From: Eledone cirrhosa
Lineage: Eukaryota
Assembly (NCBI GenBank): GCA_964016885.1
Contig: OZ024741.1
Coordinates: 272,614,001-272,678,000 of the forward strand
Direction: 5' to 3'
Length of the DNA stretch: 64,000 nt
Made by a program: the position numbers and the translations under genes. Under the pieces are notes generated by a model. It did no database searches. It saw only the letters and a list, made by a program, of their open reading frames with translations, and was not told the origin of the DNA. Below, piece by piece: positions 1 through 15,288 of the stretch. Within the stretch, counting starts at the first letter, position 1, and the number at the start of each line of letters is the position of its first letter.

Positions 1-1356
1 AGGCTGCCCATGGGAACTCCTATACGCAGACGACCTGACACTCATAGCGGAATCAATGGCCGAGCTAGAGAAGAAATTCCAAACATGGAAGCACGGCCTA
101 GAGTCAAAAGGACTTAAAATTAACCTGGCTAAGACCAAAGTTCTAGTTTGTAGGAAAGAAAACAAGGCGGCGGTCCCTTCTGGGAAATGGTCGTGCTCGG
201 TGTGTAGGAAAGGCGTAGGTAGAAACTCCATTTTGTGTCCTAAATGCAAAGTATGGGTGCATAAAAGATGTAGTGGGATCACAGGTAAGCTAACTAAGAA
301 CATAGATTTTACATGTGGCCGGTGTTCTGGTGCAATAAGTAGCAGCAAGTGCCCACAAAATACTAGCTCTTTCAATTGCGCAGAGGGTTCTATAGAAATA
401 GTGGACAGCTTCCGTTACCTGGGCGATAAAATCAGCAGTGGGGGAGGGTGCTCTGAAAGTACTGTAGCTAGAGTCAGAACTGGTTGGAAAAAGTTCAGAG
501 AGCTTATACCACTATTAGCTGCTAAAGGGTTCTCCCTAAAAATGAAAGGCAGGTTGTACGATGCCTGCATACGAACAGCAATGTTGCATGGCAGTGAGAC
601 CTGGGCATTGTGTGCAGAGGATATACGCAGACTAGAGAGGAACGAAGCTTGCATGCTCCGCTGGATGTGTAACAGTAATATACGTGAACGGCAAAGCATA
701 AACGAACTAAGGAAAAAATTAGAGATAAGAGGGATCAGATGTTGTTTACTCGAGAGAAGGCTACGTTGGTATGGACACGTGATGCGCATGAAAGTCGATA
801 GCTGTATAACAAAGTGCAGGGCAATAAAGATAGACGGTAGCCACGGAATAGGCAGACCTAGAAAAACCTGGGACGAGCTGATAAACTCCGACCTCACACA
901 CTTACACCTCTCCAAGACAATGTCACTGGACCGAGACCTTTGGCGGTACTCAGTAACAGAGAAGACCCGCCTTGCCAGTAGGCATCTCTAACAAAATACA
1001 CCCCGTCCCACCACCACCACCCCCACCCCATCCACACCACCCCGTCCTATGTAAAGTTATGTTGGTGCCGCGCCATCCGGGCCGAAACAAATGAGATCGT
1101 GTAGGTGTCACGACAAAAAAACACACAGTCCACGCTGTAATGTGGCCGTGTAGGCAACACGGTAAAAACCTCCCAGACCCACACTGTAAATGTGGTTGGT
1201 GTTAGGAAGGGCATCCAACTGTAGAAGGCCTGCCAGACAGTCCTATGCGAGCAAGACAATCACTCTTGCCTCAAGTGGGACTACCCCCGTCCAAACCCAT
1301 GCAAGCGTGGAACACGGACGTTAAACGTTGATGATGATGATGATGATGATGATGAT
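1..1356 (+). mobile_element. RTE-clade non-LTR retrotransposon, subfamily A, 3' part (RT C-terminus, PHD finger, 3' UTR, (GAT)n tail); cut by window edge
   Basis: PWELLYADD at window start, ORF 56-991 with YLG, MLHGSETW, RRLRWYGHV, GRPRKTW motifs; (GAT)n tail 1330-1356. Confidence 0.92.
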
Positions 1357-1603
1357 AAGAATTAAAATACTAGAGTGTGTTGGAGTTAAACACCCTCTGC
1401 ATATTATAGAAATGGCAGTAAAGGTATAGCTCAATGTAATTAAACAGATATAAATAAATATATAAATAAATATATATATATATATATATATAAAAATACA
1501 TATATATATATATAAATACATATATATATATAAATACATATATATATATATAAATACATATATATATATATATATGTATATATATAAATATATATATAAA
1601 TAA

Positions 1604-1636
<33 letters not shown>

Positions 1637-1647
1637 AATATATATAT

Positions 1648-4376
1648 ATCATCATCATCATCATCATCACCGTTTTACGTCCGTTCTTCCACGCTAGCAT
1701 GGGTTAGACGGGTTGTCCTGTTGTGGGCAGTGTCTGGTCGGCTGACCATGCCTTGCTCATACAGGAACTGATCTGGCTTGATTTCTACAGCTGGATGCCC
1801 TTCCTAACACCAACCTCATTTACAGTGAGTGCTGGGTGCTTTTTCGTGGCGCCTACACGTCCACTTTACAGTGTGGGCTGGGTGCTTTTTTGCCGTGGCA
1901 CCCCCACGGCCACCTTGCGGTGGGGGGGGGGGCATATTGTTTATATGCTGCAGCATGTACCCATGGGAGGTCGGGTACCCTGTATTACTGCGTGACGCCA
2001 GAAGTCACGGTCGTGTGTCATTGACTTTGAGAGGTGTAGTTGGGTAAGGTCGGCTTTTATCACCTCATCCCAAGTCATCTTGGGTCTCCCCACTCCGCGG
2101 TTTCCATCAACTTCTAGTGCTCTGCACCTTTTTATGCAGCTGTCATCCTTCATACGCATCACATGTCCATACCAGCGTAACCGCCTCTCCTGCACGCAGC
2201 ATTTGATTCCTCTTATGCTCAGTCTCTCTCTCAATTCCTTTATGCTTTGTCGTTCACGTATATTACTGTTACACATCCATCGGAGCATGCAGGCTTCGTT
2301 TCTCTCTAATCTACGAAAGTCTTCCACCTTCAGCGCCCAGGTCTCACTACCATGCAACATCGCTGTTCGGATACACGCATCATACAGTCTGCCTTTCATT
2401 CTGAGGGAGAAGCCTTTTGCAGCTAGCAGTGGTAGTAGTTCCCTAAACTTCTTCCATCCCGTTCTTACCCTAGTTATTGTACTTTCTGAGCACCCACCTC
2501 CGTTGCTAATTCGGTCACCTAGGTAGCAGAAGCTGTCTACTGTTTCTACAGGGCCCTCCCAGAGATTGGTGGTACTTGTTTCCTGTGGCTGTTTGCTTGC
2601 TGTTTCAGCACAGCTGCTGCATGTGAATCCTACATTCTTAATTAAGCTTCCTGAGATCCCGCTACATCTCTTGTGTACCCATTGTTTGCATTTGGGGCAG
2701 AGAATGGAGTTCCTACCTACACCTTTCCTACATACTGAGCAAGGCCATTTCCCTGAGGGGATCTGGGTTCTGTTTTCTCGTCTACTTACAAGGACCTTAG
2801 TCTTTGTCATGTTGACTTTGAGGCCCTTTCTCTCTAGTCCCTGCTTCCAGGTTTGGAATTTATTCTCTAGTTCTACCATAGATTCAGCTATGAGTGCGAG
2901 GTCATCAGCATACAGGAGTTCCCATGGGCATCCGGTCTTAAACTCCTCCGTTATTGCCTGCAGGACTATGATGAACAGGAGAGGGCTAAGAACAGAGCCC
3001 TGGTGGACCCCAACCTGTACGCTAAATTCCTCGCTATACTCATTGCCAATCCTAACTTTGCTGACTGCTCCCCTATACATGGCTTGTACCGCTTTCACAA
3101 GCCATTCATCTACTCCTAGTTTTCTAAGAGCCCACCAGATTACTGCACGTGGAACTCTGTCAAAGGCTTTCTCAAGGTCGACAAATGCCAAGTAGAGTGG
3201 CTTACTTTTAGCTAGGTACTTTTCCTGTAATTGCCTCACAAGGAAGAGGGCATCAGTGGTGCCTTTCCCTGGTACAAACCCAAATTGCATCTCGTCTATA
3301 TTCACCCGGTCCCTAATCAGCTGTAAGTAACTGTAAGTAACTCTTTCTGTTACTTTCATGACCTGGTCCATCAACTTTATACCTCTATAGTTTCCTGTAT
3401 CTAGTGCATCGCCTTTACCTTTGTAGCAGTTGACAATGATGCTACTGCACCAATCTTTTGGTATGGCCCCCTCTAGTATTACCTGGTTAACGATACGTGT
3501 GGTTATAGTGTGACCTACAGACCCAGATGCCTTCAGCATCTCGGCAGCTATACCCGATGGACCGGTTGCCTTCCCTATCTTCATATCTCTGATTGCCTTA
3601 CTTACTACGCTGCCGCTGACTTGTACTGCTGGTCCCTCTATAGGGTCTACGTGGGGTAGGGTCTCTTCTTCCCATGCATTCTCCTCATTTAGTAATCTAT
3701 CATAATGACTCTTCCATGCATCTTTCTTCTCAGCACTTGTGAGGGCAAGCTCACCTTTATCATTCCGGATACACTTCTCTCCAATGACATCACAACTATC
3801 TCTGACACACTGCCTCGCAATCTTGAATACCTCCTGTTTCTGGTCCTCACGTTGTAAAACATGCTTGAATTTTCTATCCTCTGCTTCCCTCCTAGCTAAG
3901 TATACTTGTCGCCTAGCTTCCCTCTTGGTCTCTATGTAATGTACCCTGCTCCCCCCATTCTTCCATTCTTTCCATGCCTGTCTCTTGGCCTTGACTGCTT
4001 CATCTACCTTATTGTTCCACCACCAAGTTACTCTCCTCCTGCTTGAGGTCTTACTCCAGCCACAAACCTCATCCGTCGCCTCTAGTAAGATATTTTTTAG
4101 GAACTCCCAGTTCTCTTCTACGTTAAATGTCTCTATCTGTTCTTCTTTACTGTCGTAGGCGTTGAGTAAAATATCTTTAAATCTGTTACTGGTTGAGGGG
4201 ACTTTCAGCTTCCAGATCCTTCTTCTCCAGGTTGGCCTCTGTTTCAGGGCTCGTCTAGTTCTGACCGTGAGGTCGCTGACAACTAAGCTATGTTGGGATG
4301 TACATTCCTCACTAGGGAAGGCTTTTGTGTTTACGACCGTCCATCTGTCACGTCCTCTGATGAGGATAAAATCTAA
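1648..4376 (-). mobile_element. RTE-clade LINE, subfamily B, 5'-truncated, inserted in (TA)n
   Basis: ORF 1941-3584: [48 protein letters not shown]; (ATC)n tail from 1648; near-identical to 59190-62883. Confidence 0.93.
1941..3584 (-). CDS. RTE reverse transcriptase with embedded PHD-type zinc finger (partial ORF)
   Basis: Complete RT motif set plus CSVC...CPKC..WVHKRC...FTCSSC after YADD. Confidence 0.85.
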   Translation of the reverse strand: MKIGKATGPSGIAAEMLKASGSVGHTITTRIVNQVILEGAIPKDWCSSIIVNCYKGKGDALDTGNYRGIKLMDQVMKVTERVTYSYLQLIRDRVNIDEMQFGFVPGKGTTDALFLVRQLQEKYLAKSKPLYLAFVDLEKAFDRVPRAVIWWALRKLGVDEWLVKAVQAMYRGAVSKVRIGNEYSEEFSVQVGVHQGSVLSPLLFIIVLQAITEEFKTGCPWELLYADDLALIAESMVELENKFQTWKQGLERKGLKVNMTKTKVLVSRRENRTQIPSGKWPCSVCRKGVGRNSILCPKCKQWVHKRCSGISGSLIKNVGFTCSSCAETASKQPQETSTTNLWEGPVETVDSFCYLGDRISNGGGCSESTITRVRTGWKKFRELLPLLAAKGFSLRMKGRLYDACIRTAMLHGSETWALKVEDFRRLERNEACMLRWMCNSNIRERQSIKELRERLSIRGIKCCVQERRLRWYGHVMRMKDDSCIKRCRALEVDGNRGVGRPKMTWDEVIKADLTQLHLSKSMTHDRDFWRHAVIQGTRPPMGTCCSI

Positions 4377-5345
<969 letters not shown>

Positions 5346-5381
5346 GATGAGATTCTACAGGACTAGAACTGTTTCATTCAT

Positions 5382-5601
5382 TACCTACACCTTTCCTACA
5401 TACTGAGCAAGGCCATTTCCCTGAGGGGATCTGGGTTCTGTTTTCTCGTCTACTTATAAGGACCTTAGTCTTTGTCATGTTGACTTTGAGGCCCTTTCTC
5501 TCTAGTCCCTGCTTCCAGGTTTGGAATTTATTCTCTAGTTCTACCATAGATTCAGCTATGAGTGCGAGGTCATCAGCATACAGGAGTTCCCATGGGCATC
5601 C
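5382..5601 (-). mobile_element. Internal fragment of RTE subfamily B
   Basis: Near-identical to 2714-2933. Confidence 0.85.
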
Positions 5602-5741
5602 ATATATATATATCTATATATATAAATATATATATATAAATATCTATATATATATATAAATATATATAAATATCTATATATATATAAATATATATAAATA
5701 TCTATATATATATATAAATATATATAAATATCTATATATAT

Positions 5742-6775
5742 ATCAGAGAGAGAATTGATCTAGATGAAATGCAGTTCGGGTTTGTGTCAGGCAAAAGTAC
5801 CACAGACGCTCTTTTCATTGTACGACAACTACAGGAGAAGTACCTAGCTAAAAGTAAACCCCTATACTTAGCTTTTGTCGACTTGGAGAAAGCCTTCGAC
5901 AGAGTCCCCCGTTCCATTATCTGGTGGTCTCTTAGAAAACTAGGTGTTGACAAATGGCTTGTGAGAGCTATACAAGCCATGTATAAAGAAACAGTCAGTA
6001 AGGTTAGAATTAACAACGAATATAGTGAAGAGTTTAGCGTAAAAGTTGGTGTCCATCAGGGCTCTGTACTTAGCCCCCTACTATTTATTATTGCCCTTCA
6101 GGCTATAACAGAGGAGTTCAAGACCGGCTACCCATGGGAACTCCTATACGCAGATGATCTAACGCTCATAGCTGAATCAATGACCGAACTAGAGAAGAAA
6201 TTCCAAACGTGGAAGACAATGTCACTGGACCGAGACCTTTGGCGGTACTCAGTAATAGAGAAGACCCGCCTTACCTAAATACAAAGTAAAAACCTACTAC
6301 AGTCAGTAGGCACCTCTATCAAAACACACCCCCGTCCCACCACCTCCACACCGCCCCTTTCAATGTAAAGTTATGTTGGTCCCACAACATCCAGGCCGAA
6401 ACAAATGAGATCGTGTAGGTGTCACGACAAAAAACACACAGTCCACGCTGTAAATGTGGCCGTGTAGGCAACACGGTAAAAACCTCCCAGCCCCACACTG
6501 TAAATGTGGTTGGTGTTAGGAAGGGCATCCAGCTGTAGAAAACCCGCCAGACAGTCCACGCTGTAATGTGGCCATGTAGGCAACACGGTAAAAACCTCCC
6601 AGCCCCACACTGTAAATGTGGTTGGTGTTAGGAAGGGCATCCAACTGTAGAAAACCCGCCAGACAGTCCTATGCGAGCAAGACAACCACTCTTGCCTCAA
6701 GTGGGAAAACCCCCGTCCAAACCCATGCAAGCGTGGAACACGGACGCTAAACCTGATGATGATGATGATGATGAT
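5742..6775 (+). mobile_element. RTE subfamily A copy with internal deletion
   Basis: QFGF...YADD then jump at about 6213-6215 (AAG) to TMSLDRDLW; duplicated 3' UTR block; (GAT)n tail. Confidence 0.9.
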
Positions 6776-7023
6776 ATATATATATATATATATATAAATA
6801 TATATATATAAATATCTATATATATATATAAATATATATATATAAATATCTATATATATATATATATAAATATATATATAAATATCTATATATATATATA
6901 AATATCTCTCTCTATATATATATATATAAATATATATATAAATATCTATATATATATATAAATATCTATATATATAAATATCTATATATATAAATATATA
7001 TATAAATATCTATATATAAATAT

Positions 7024-8605
7024 GTATATATATATATATATAAACAATGTAGGAGGTGAGTTTTATTGTACAATGCAGATATTGGATAAGAAGCACTCTA
7101 CAGTTTGTAGGACTGGAGTATACATAATATATAAGATCAAAAGATGGTTAAAGGAGTTCCATGTATTTTATTATGCACATTTCAAAAACAAATAATCATC
7201 ATTCATCTTTTAAAAAAACAAATAATCAAAAACAAATAATCAAATAATCATCATTCATCTTTTCAAAATCATCATTCATCTTTTAAAAATAATCATCATT
7301 CATCTTTTAAAAATAATCATCATTCATCTTTTAAAAATAATCATCATTCATCTTTTAAAAAAACAAATAATCAAAAACAAATAATCATCATTCATCTTTT
7401 AAATACAAACTTAAAAGAACCAACACGGCTCTCTCAGAACTCATATGGTCCTTGAAAGACAAAAACATTAAATATACCATCTTTTGGAAGAAGGTTTCTT
7501 CTGCGTCCTCATACTTGAACAGCTCTCTATCTAAAATCTGTAATCTCTGCCTAAATGAAAAATTTACCATTATCTCTAATCTAGATTCTATAATAAATAG
7601 ACGTACAGATTTGTTTTCTATCTGCTTGCATAAATTCCATAAGACTTTTCACAAAGTATACAGCTAATATTCAATTCTTTATCAATTTAGAATCTTTTCT
7701 CAAAGGCACATATACATACACCTCTTTTAAAATATACCCATCTTCCTACCTTACTTCAAAGGGTATTATACACTCTATAATACTTGTTTACTCATTACCC
7801 TCACTCTATCTACACCTTGTAAAATCCTTCGTAACATATACATTTGTTTTTGACGCTAGATTATTCATCCTTAATTTATTATTTTTTCTCCCCATCATCT
7901 AACTCATTCTTAATACATATTAACTCTTTCTTCGCACATATTATCAATTCCTTCAATATACAAACCTTAACTTCACATTATTTTTCTCAAATCCTTCAAT
8001 ACACAAACCTTAATAATTTTTTCTCTTCGTTAATTTTCAAATTTCCATAATACTTGTAAACATACACACAATTTTTTTTTGACGTTAGAATATTCATCCG
8101 CAATACATTATTCTTTTCTCTCTATCATCAAACTTTTTAATCTCAATACATATTAACTCCCTCTCCTTCTTCGTACATATTTTTCCCTTCGTTAATTTTC
8201 AAATTCTTTTAATTTATACATTATCTTCCAACGGTTTTCAACCTCTCTATGTAAAACAATATATCTTTTCTCAGTTATAAAAACTATCTCTTTCTCTTTA
8301 TCACCCATCTCTCTATCACCCATCTCTCCCTCTCCACCTTCACTCTCATCTCCTCCCCTTTTTTTCATCCTCCCCCCCCCCTCTCTAAACAAAATATTTT
8401 CCCAATATTACACATCAATCTAAAATTACTTTTCATATGTTGATTTAAAACTGCACTATCCACAAGTGTTTTTTAGCCTTCATATCATGTCCTCCTGTTT
8501 TATCTGATGAAAACACAAATATTATTGCATGATGATGTTTGTTTTTGAAATGCGCATAATAAAATACATGGAACGCCTTTAACCATCTTTTGATCTTATA
8601 TATTA
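7024..8605 (+). mobile_element. Penelope-like element (Hydra-type) 3' fragment with inverted pseudo-LTR at left
   Basis: GIY-YIG C-terminus about 7400-7667 (TALSELIWSLK...CNLCLNEK...INRR...CLH); about 7125-7200 is the reverse complement of about 8530-8605; HHR at 8498. Confidence 0.8.
8498..8564 (+). ncRNA. Type I hammerhead ribozyme (PLE pseudo-LTR)
   Basis: TTTTAT-CTGATGA-[AT-rich stem II]-GAAA-TGCGCA-TA-ATAAAA; stem I TTTTAT/ATAAAA, palindromic stem III. Confidence 0.8.
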
Positions 8606-8719
8606 TATATATAAATATATATATATAAATATATATATAAATATCTATATATATATATAAATATATATATATAAATATATATATAAATATCTATATATAT
8701 ATATAAATATATATATATA

Positions 8720-8759
<40 letters not shown>

Positions 8760-8762
8760 AAT

Positions 8763-8794
<32 letters not shown>

Positions 8795-9070
8795 AATAAT
8801 ATATATATATATATAAATAATATATATATATATATAAATAATATATATATATATAAATAATATATATATATATATAAATAATATATATATATATATATAA
8901 ATAATAATATATATATATATATAAATATATATATATAAATAATATATATATATATATAAATAATAATATATAAATATATATATAAATATATAAATAAATA
9001 TACATATATAAATAATAATATATATAAATAATATATATATATAAATATATATAAATATATAAATATATAT

Positions 9071-9236
9071 AGTAATAATAATAAATTTAAAGACTAAAAT
9101 CCAAAGAGGGCTCGATAAGGATAAATATATATCAAATATATAAGAACCGGAGAGCAAATATTTATTAAAATAAGAGATTAAAGTTTAAGTAAAGAATCGC
9201 TGCTTTCACCCTTAACGGGATCTTCTGAAACTAAAT
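9071..9236 (-). repeat. PLE pseudo-LTR-like fragment with degenerate HHR (9182-9232); second copy at 12682-12848
   Basis: Minus strand AGTTT-CAGAAGA-TCCCGTTAAGGGT-GAAA...TT-AAACT; core has CAGA instead of CTGA. Confidence 0.55.
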
Positions 9237-9383
9237 ATATATTTATATATACATATATATATATATTTACATATATATATATATTTGTATATATATATTT
9301 ATATATTTATATATATATATTTATATATATTTATATATATTTATATATATATATATTTATATATATATATATTTATATATATT

Positions 9384-9472
<89 letters not shown>

Positions 9473-9521
9473 GTATTTATATATATATATATATTTATAT
9501 TTATATTTATATATTTATATT

Positions 9522-9555
<34 letters not shown>

Positions 9556-9631
9556 TATATATATATATTTATATATATATTTTTATATATATATATATTT
9601 ATATATATATATATTTATATATATATATATT

Positions 9632-9662
<31 letters not shown>

Positions 9663-9663
9663 T

Positions 9664-9696
<33 letters not shown>

Positions 9697-9701
9697 ATTT
9701 T

Positions 9702-9734
<33 letters not shown>

Positions 9735-9741
9735 ATATTTT

Positions 9742-9772
<31 letters not shown>

Positions 9773-9848
9773 ATTTTTATATATATATATATATTTATAT
9801 ATATGTTTATATATATATATATATTTTTTATATATATATATATATTTT

Positions 9849-9879
<31 letters not shown>

Positions 9880-10147
9880 ATTTATTTTTATATATATATA
9901 TTTATATATATATATGAATATATATATATATAGATATATATATATGAATATATATATATAGATATATATATATGAATACATATATATATAAATAAATATA
10001 TATATATAAATAAATATATATATATATATATAAGAATGAAAATACTAGAGTGTGTTGGAGTTAAACACCCTCTGCATATTATAGAAATGGCAGTAAAGGT
10101 ATAGCTCAATGTAATTAAACAGATATAAATAAATATATATATAATTA

Positions 10148-10179
<32 letters not shown>

Positions 10180-10250
10180 AATAAATATATATATATATAT
10201 ATATAAGTACATATATATATATATAAATACATATATATATATATAAATAA

Positions 10251-10429
<179 letters not shown>

Positions 10430-10562
10430 AATAAATATATATATATATAAATAAATATATATATAAATAAACATATATATATATATATATAAATAAATAT
10501 ATATATATATATATAGATAAATATATATAAATATATATATATATATATAAATAAATATATAT

Positions 10563-10625
<63 letters not shown>

Positions 10626-10626
10626 G

Positions 10627-11091
10627 GAAGTTGATGGAAACCGCGGAGTGGGGAGACCCAAGATGAACTGGAATGAGGTGATAAAAGCCGACCTTACTCA
10701 ATTACACCTCTCAAAGACAATGACACACGACCGTGACTTCTGGCGTCACACAGTAATACAGAGTACCCGACCTCCCACGGGCACATGCTGAAGCATATAA
10801 ACAATATGGCCCCACACCCCCCACCACAAGGTGGTCGTGGAGGTGCCACAGCAAAAAAAGCACCCAGCCCAAACTGTAAAGTGGACGTGTAGGCGCCACG
10901 AAAAAGCACCCAGCACTCACTGTAAATGAGGTTGGTGTTAGGAAGGGCATCCAGCTGTAGAAATCAAGCCAGATCAGTTCCTGTATGAGCAAGGCATGGT
11001 CAGCCGACCAGACACTGCACACAACAGGACAACTCGTCTAACCCATGCTAGCGTGGAAGAACGGACGTAAAACGGTGATGATGATGATGAT
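10627..11091 (+). mobile_element. RTE subfamily B 3' end fragment
   Basis: Matches 62411-62883; (GAT)n tail running into TA. Confidence 0.88.
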
Positions 11092-11389
11092 ATCTATATA
11101 TATATCTATATATATATATATCTATATATATATATCTATATATCTATATATATATATCTATATATATATCTATATATATATATATATCTATATATATATC
11201 TATATATCTATATATATCTATATATATATCTATATATCTATATATATCTATATATATCTATATATATATATATATCTATATATATCTATATATATATATA
11301 TCTATATATATATATCTATATATATATATCTATATATAAATATATATATATATATATCTATATATAAATATATATATATAAATATCTAT

Positions 11390-12185
11390 ATCATCATCAT
11401 CATCATCATCATCATTTTACGTCCGCTTTTCCCTGCTTGCAAGGGTGGGACGGGTCTTATTCAGCACAGCATCTCTCCACTCGTCACGGTCCCTCGTCAT
11501 CTCCACCGTGAGCTTCAATGATCTGAGGTCTGTTCTCACCACCTCCGCCCATGTTTTTTGTGGTCTACCTCTACCACGTCTTCCTTCAACTGGCATTTCC
11601 TGGCACTTCTTCACCCATCGGTCATCCTCCATGCGCATCACATGTCCATACCACCTCAGTCTCCTCTCCCGTACACTACATTCTATCCCTCTCAGACACA
11701 GTTTCTCTCTCAACACATTTATGCTGGGTCGTTCACGCACATTTACACTGCACATCCAACGGAGCATGCTTGCCTCATTTCTCTCCAGCCGTCGCATATC
11801 TTCTGCGGTAGCTGCCCATGTCTCACTACCATGCAGCATCGCGCTCCTCACACAGGCATCATACAACCGGCCTTTCGTACGCAGGGAGAAACCCTTCTTC
11901 GTCAACAGAGGAAGCAGCTCCCTAAACTTCTTCCAACCCGTCCTTATTCTAGATACTATGGCCTCAGGAACACCCTCCTCCCATGCTAATCTGATCTCCT
12001 AGGTACCGGAAGCTATCCACCACTTCTATAGCGCCCTCTCGCATTTGAAAAATGTGTCTATCAGTGCGACTTCTACTGTCTAATTTCCCTGTACATCTAC
12101 TGCATACATATTTCTCCCTACCTGTTAGTTTGCCTGCTATCCCGCTACATCTCTTGTGTACCCAGGACCTGTAAACAGCAACAAC
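11390..12185 (-). mobile_element. RTE subfamily C 3' fragment with very short 3' UTR
   Basis: ORF 11417-11905: MLHGSETW, RRLRWYGHV, GRPQKTW; (ATC)n tail at 11390. Confidence 0.88.
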
Positions 12186-12681
12186 ACCATATATATATAT
12201 ATAAATATATATAAATATCTATATATATATATAAATATTTATATATAAATATTAAATATATATATAAATATCTATATATATATAAATAATAATATATATA
12301 TATAAATATATATATATAAATAATAATATATATATATATATATATAAATATATATATAAATATATATATATATATAAATAATATATATATATAAATATAT
12401 AAATAATATATATATATAAATATAAATATATATATAAATAATAATATATATAAATAATATGTATATATAAATATAAATATATAAATATATATATAAATAT
12501 ATATACATATATAAATAATATATATATAAATATATATTTATAAATAAATATACATATATAAATAATCTATATATATATAAATATAAATATATAAAATATA
12601 TATATAAATAAATATACATATATAAATAATAATATATATAAATAATATATGTATATAAATATATATATATATAAATATATA

Positions 12682-12848
12682 TAGTAATAATAATAAATTT
12701 GAAGACTAAAATCCAAAGAGGGCTCGATAAGGATAAATATATATCAAATATATAAGAACCGTAGAGCAAATATTTATTAAAATAAGAGATTAAAGTTTAA
12801 GCAAAGAATCGCTGCTTTCACCCTTAACGGGATATTCTGAAACTAAAT
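12682..12848 (-). repeat. Duplicate of 9071-9236 with degenerate HHR (12794-12844)
   Basis: Near-identical sequence and similar flanking TA variants. Confidence 0.6.
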
Positions 12849-13003
12849 ATATATATATATATTTTTATATACATATATATATATTTACATATATATATAT
12901 ATTTACATATATATATATATATATATATGTATTTATATATATATTTATATATATATATATATTTATGTATATATTTATATATATTTATATATTTATATAT
13001 ATT

Positions 13004-13036
<33 letters not shown>

Positions 13037-13037
13037 T

Positions 13038-13071
<34 letters not shown>

Positions 13072-13165
13072 TATATATATATATATATTTATATATATTT
13101 ATATATATATATTTATATATATATATATATTTATATATATTTATATATATATATTTATATATATT

Positions 13166-13198
<33 letters not shown>

Positions 13199-13262
13199 AT
13201 ATATTTATATATATTTATATATATATATATATATATTTTATATATTTATATATATTTATATA

Positions 13263-13375
<113 letters not shown>

Positions 13376-13500
13376 ATACATTTATATTTATATATATATA
13401 TTTATATATATATATATATTTATATATATATTTATATATATATTTATATTTATATATATTTATATATATATATATATTTATATTTATATTTATATATATT

Positions 13501-13533
<33 letters not shown>

Positions 13534-13581
13534 ATATATATATATAAATATATATATATATAAATATATATATATATAAAT

Positions 13582-13630
<49 letters not shown>

Positions 13631-13678
13631 AATATATATATAAATATATATATATATATTTAAATATCTATATATATA

Positions 13679-13714
<36 letters not shown>

Positions 13715-13728
13715 CATATATTTATATA

Positions 13729-13760
<32 letters not shown>

Positions 13761-13773
13761 AATATATATATAC

Positions 13774-13804
<31 letters not shown>

Positions 13805-13848
13805 CATATATATAAATATAAATATATATATATAAATATATATAAAAT

Positions 13849-13879
<31 letters not shown>

Positions 13880-14004
13880 AATATATATATAAATATATAA
13901 ATATAAATATATATATATAAATATAAATATATATATATAAATATAAATATATATATATAAATATAAATATATATATATAAATATATATATAAATATATAT
14001 ATAA

Positions 14005-14065
<61 letters not shown>

Positions 14066-14091
14066 AATATATATATAAATTATATATATAT

Positions 14092-14198
<107 letters not shown>

Positions 14199-14199
14199 A

Positions 14200-14252
<53 letters not shown>

Positions 14253-14380
14253 AATATATATATTATATAAATATATATGTATATAAATATATATATGTAT
14301 ATAAATATATATATATATATAAATATATATGTATATAAATATATATATATATATATAAATATATATATATTATAAAATAT

Positions 14381-14431
<51 letters not shown>

Positions 14432-14460
14432 AATATATATATATAAATATATATATAAAA

Positions 14461-14497
<37 letters not shown>

Positions 14498-14533
14498 AAT
14501 ATATATAAATATATATATAAAAATATATATATA

Positions 14534-14603
<70 letters not shown>

Positions 14604-14660
14604 TATATAAATATATATATATATATATAAATATAAATATAAATATATATAAATATAAAT

Positions 14661-14755
<95 letters not shown>

Positions 14756-14812
14756 TATATAAATATATATATATATATATAAATATAAATATAAATATAT
14801 ATAAATATAAAT

Positions 14813-14875
<63 letters not shown>

Positions 14876-14933
14876 AATTATAAATATATATATATATATA
14901 AATATATAAATATAAATATATATAAATATATAT

Positions 14934-14982
<49 letters not shown>

Positions 14983-15029
14983 AATATAAATATATATACA
15001 TATATATATATAAATATAAATATATATAC

Positions 15030-15123
<94 letters not shown>

Positions 15124-15192
15124 AATATATAGATAAATATAAATATATATATATATATAAATATATATATAAATATAAATATATATAAATAT

Positions 15193-15223
<31 letters not shown>

Positions 15224-15226
15224 AAT

Positions 15227-15257
<31 letters not shown>

Positions 15258-15288
15258 AATATATATAAATATATATATATATAAATAT

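Noticed and set aside
415-3195. Antisense ORFs over RTE copies (e.g. 415-915, 2080-2526, 2566-3195, also 61398-62444)
   Set aside because: Shadow frames of the RT coding strand with no independent motifs.
5346-5381. GAAAC...GTC half-hammerhead on the minus strand
   Set aside because: Only 36 bp, with no CTGA half; too short to support.
6753-6775. CTGATGA at the start of RTE tails, and at 4357
   Set aside because: Produced by the (GAT)n tail or antisense coding sequence; no matching GAAA and helices.
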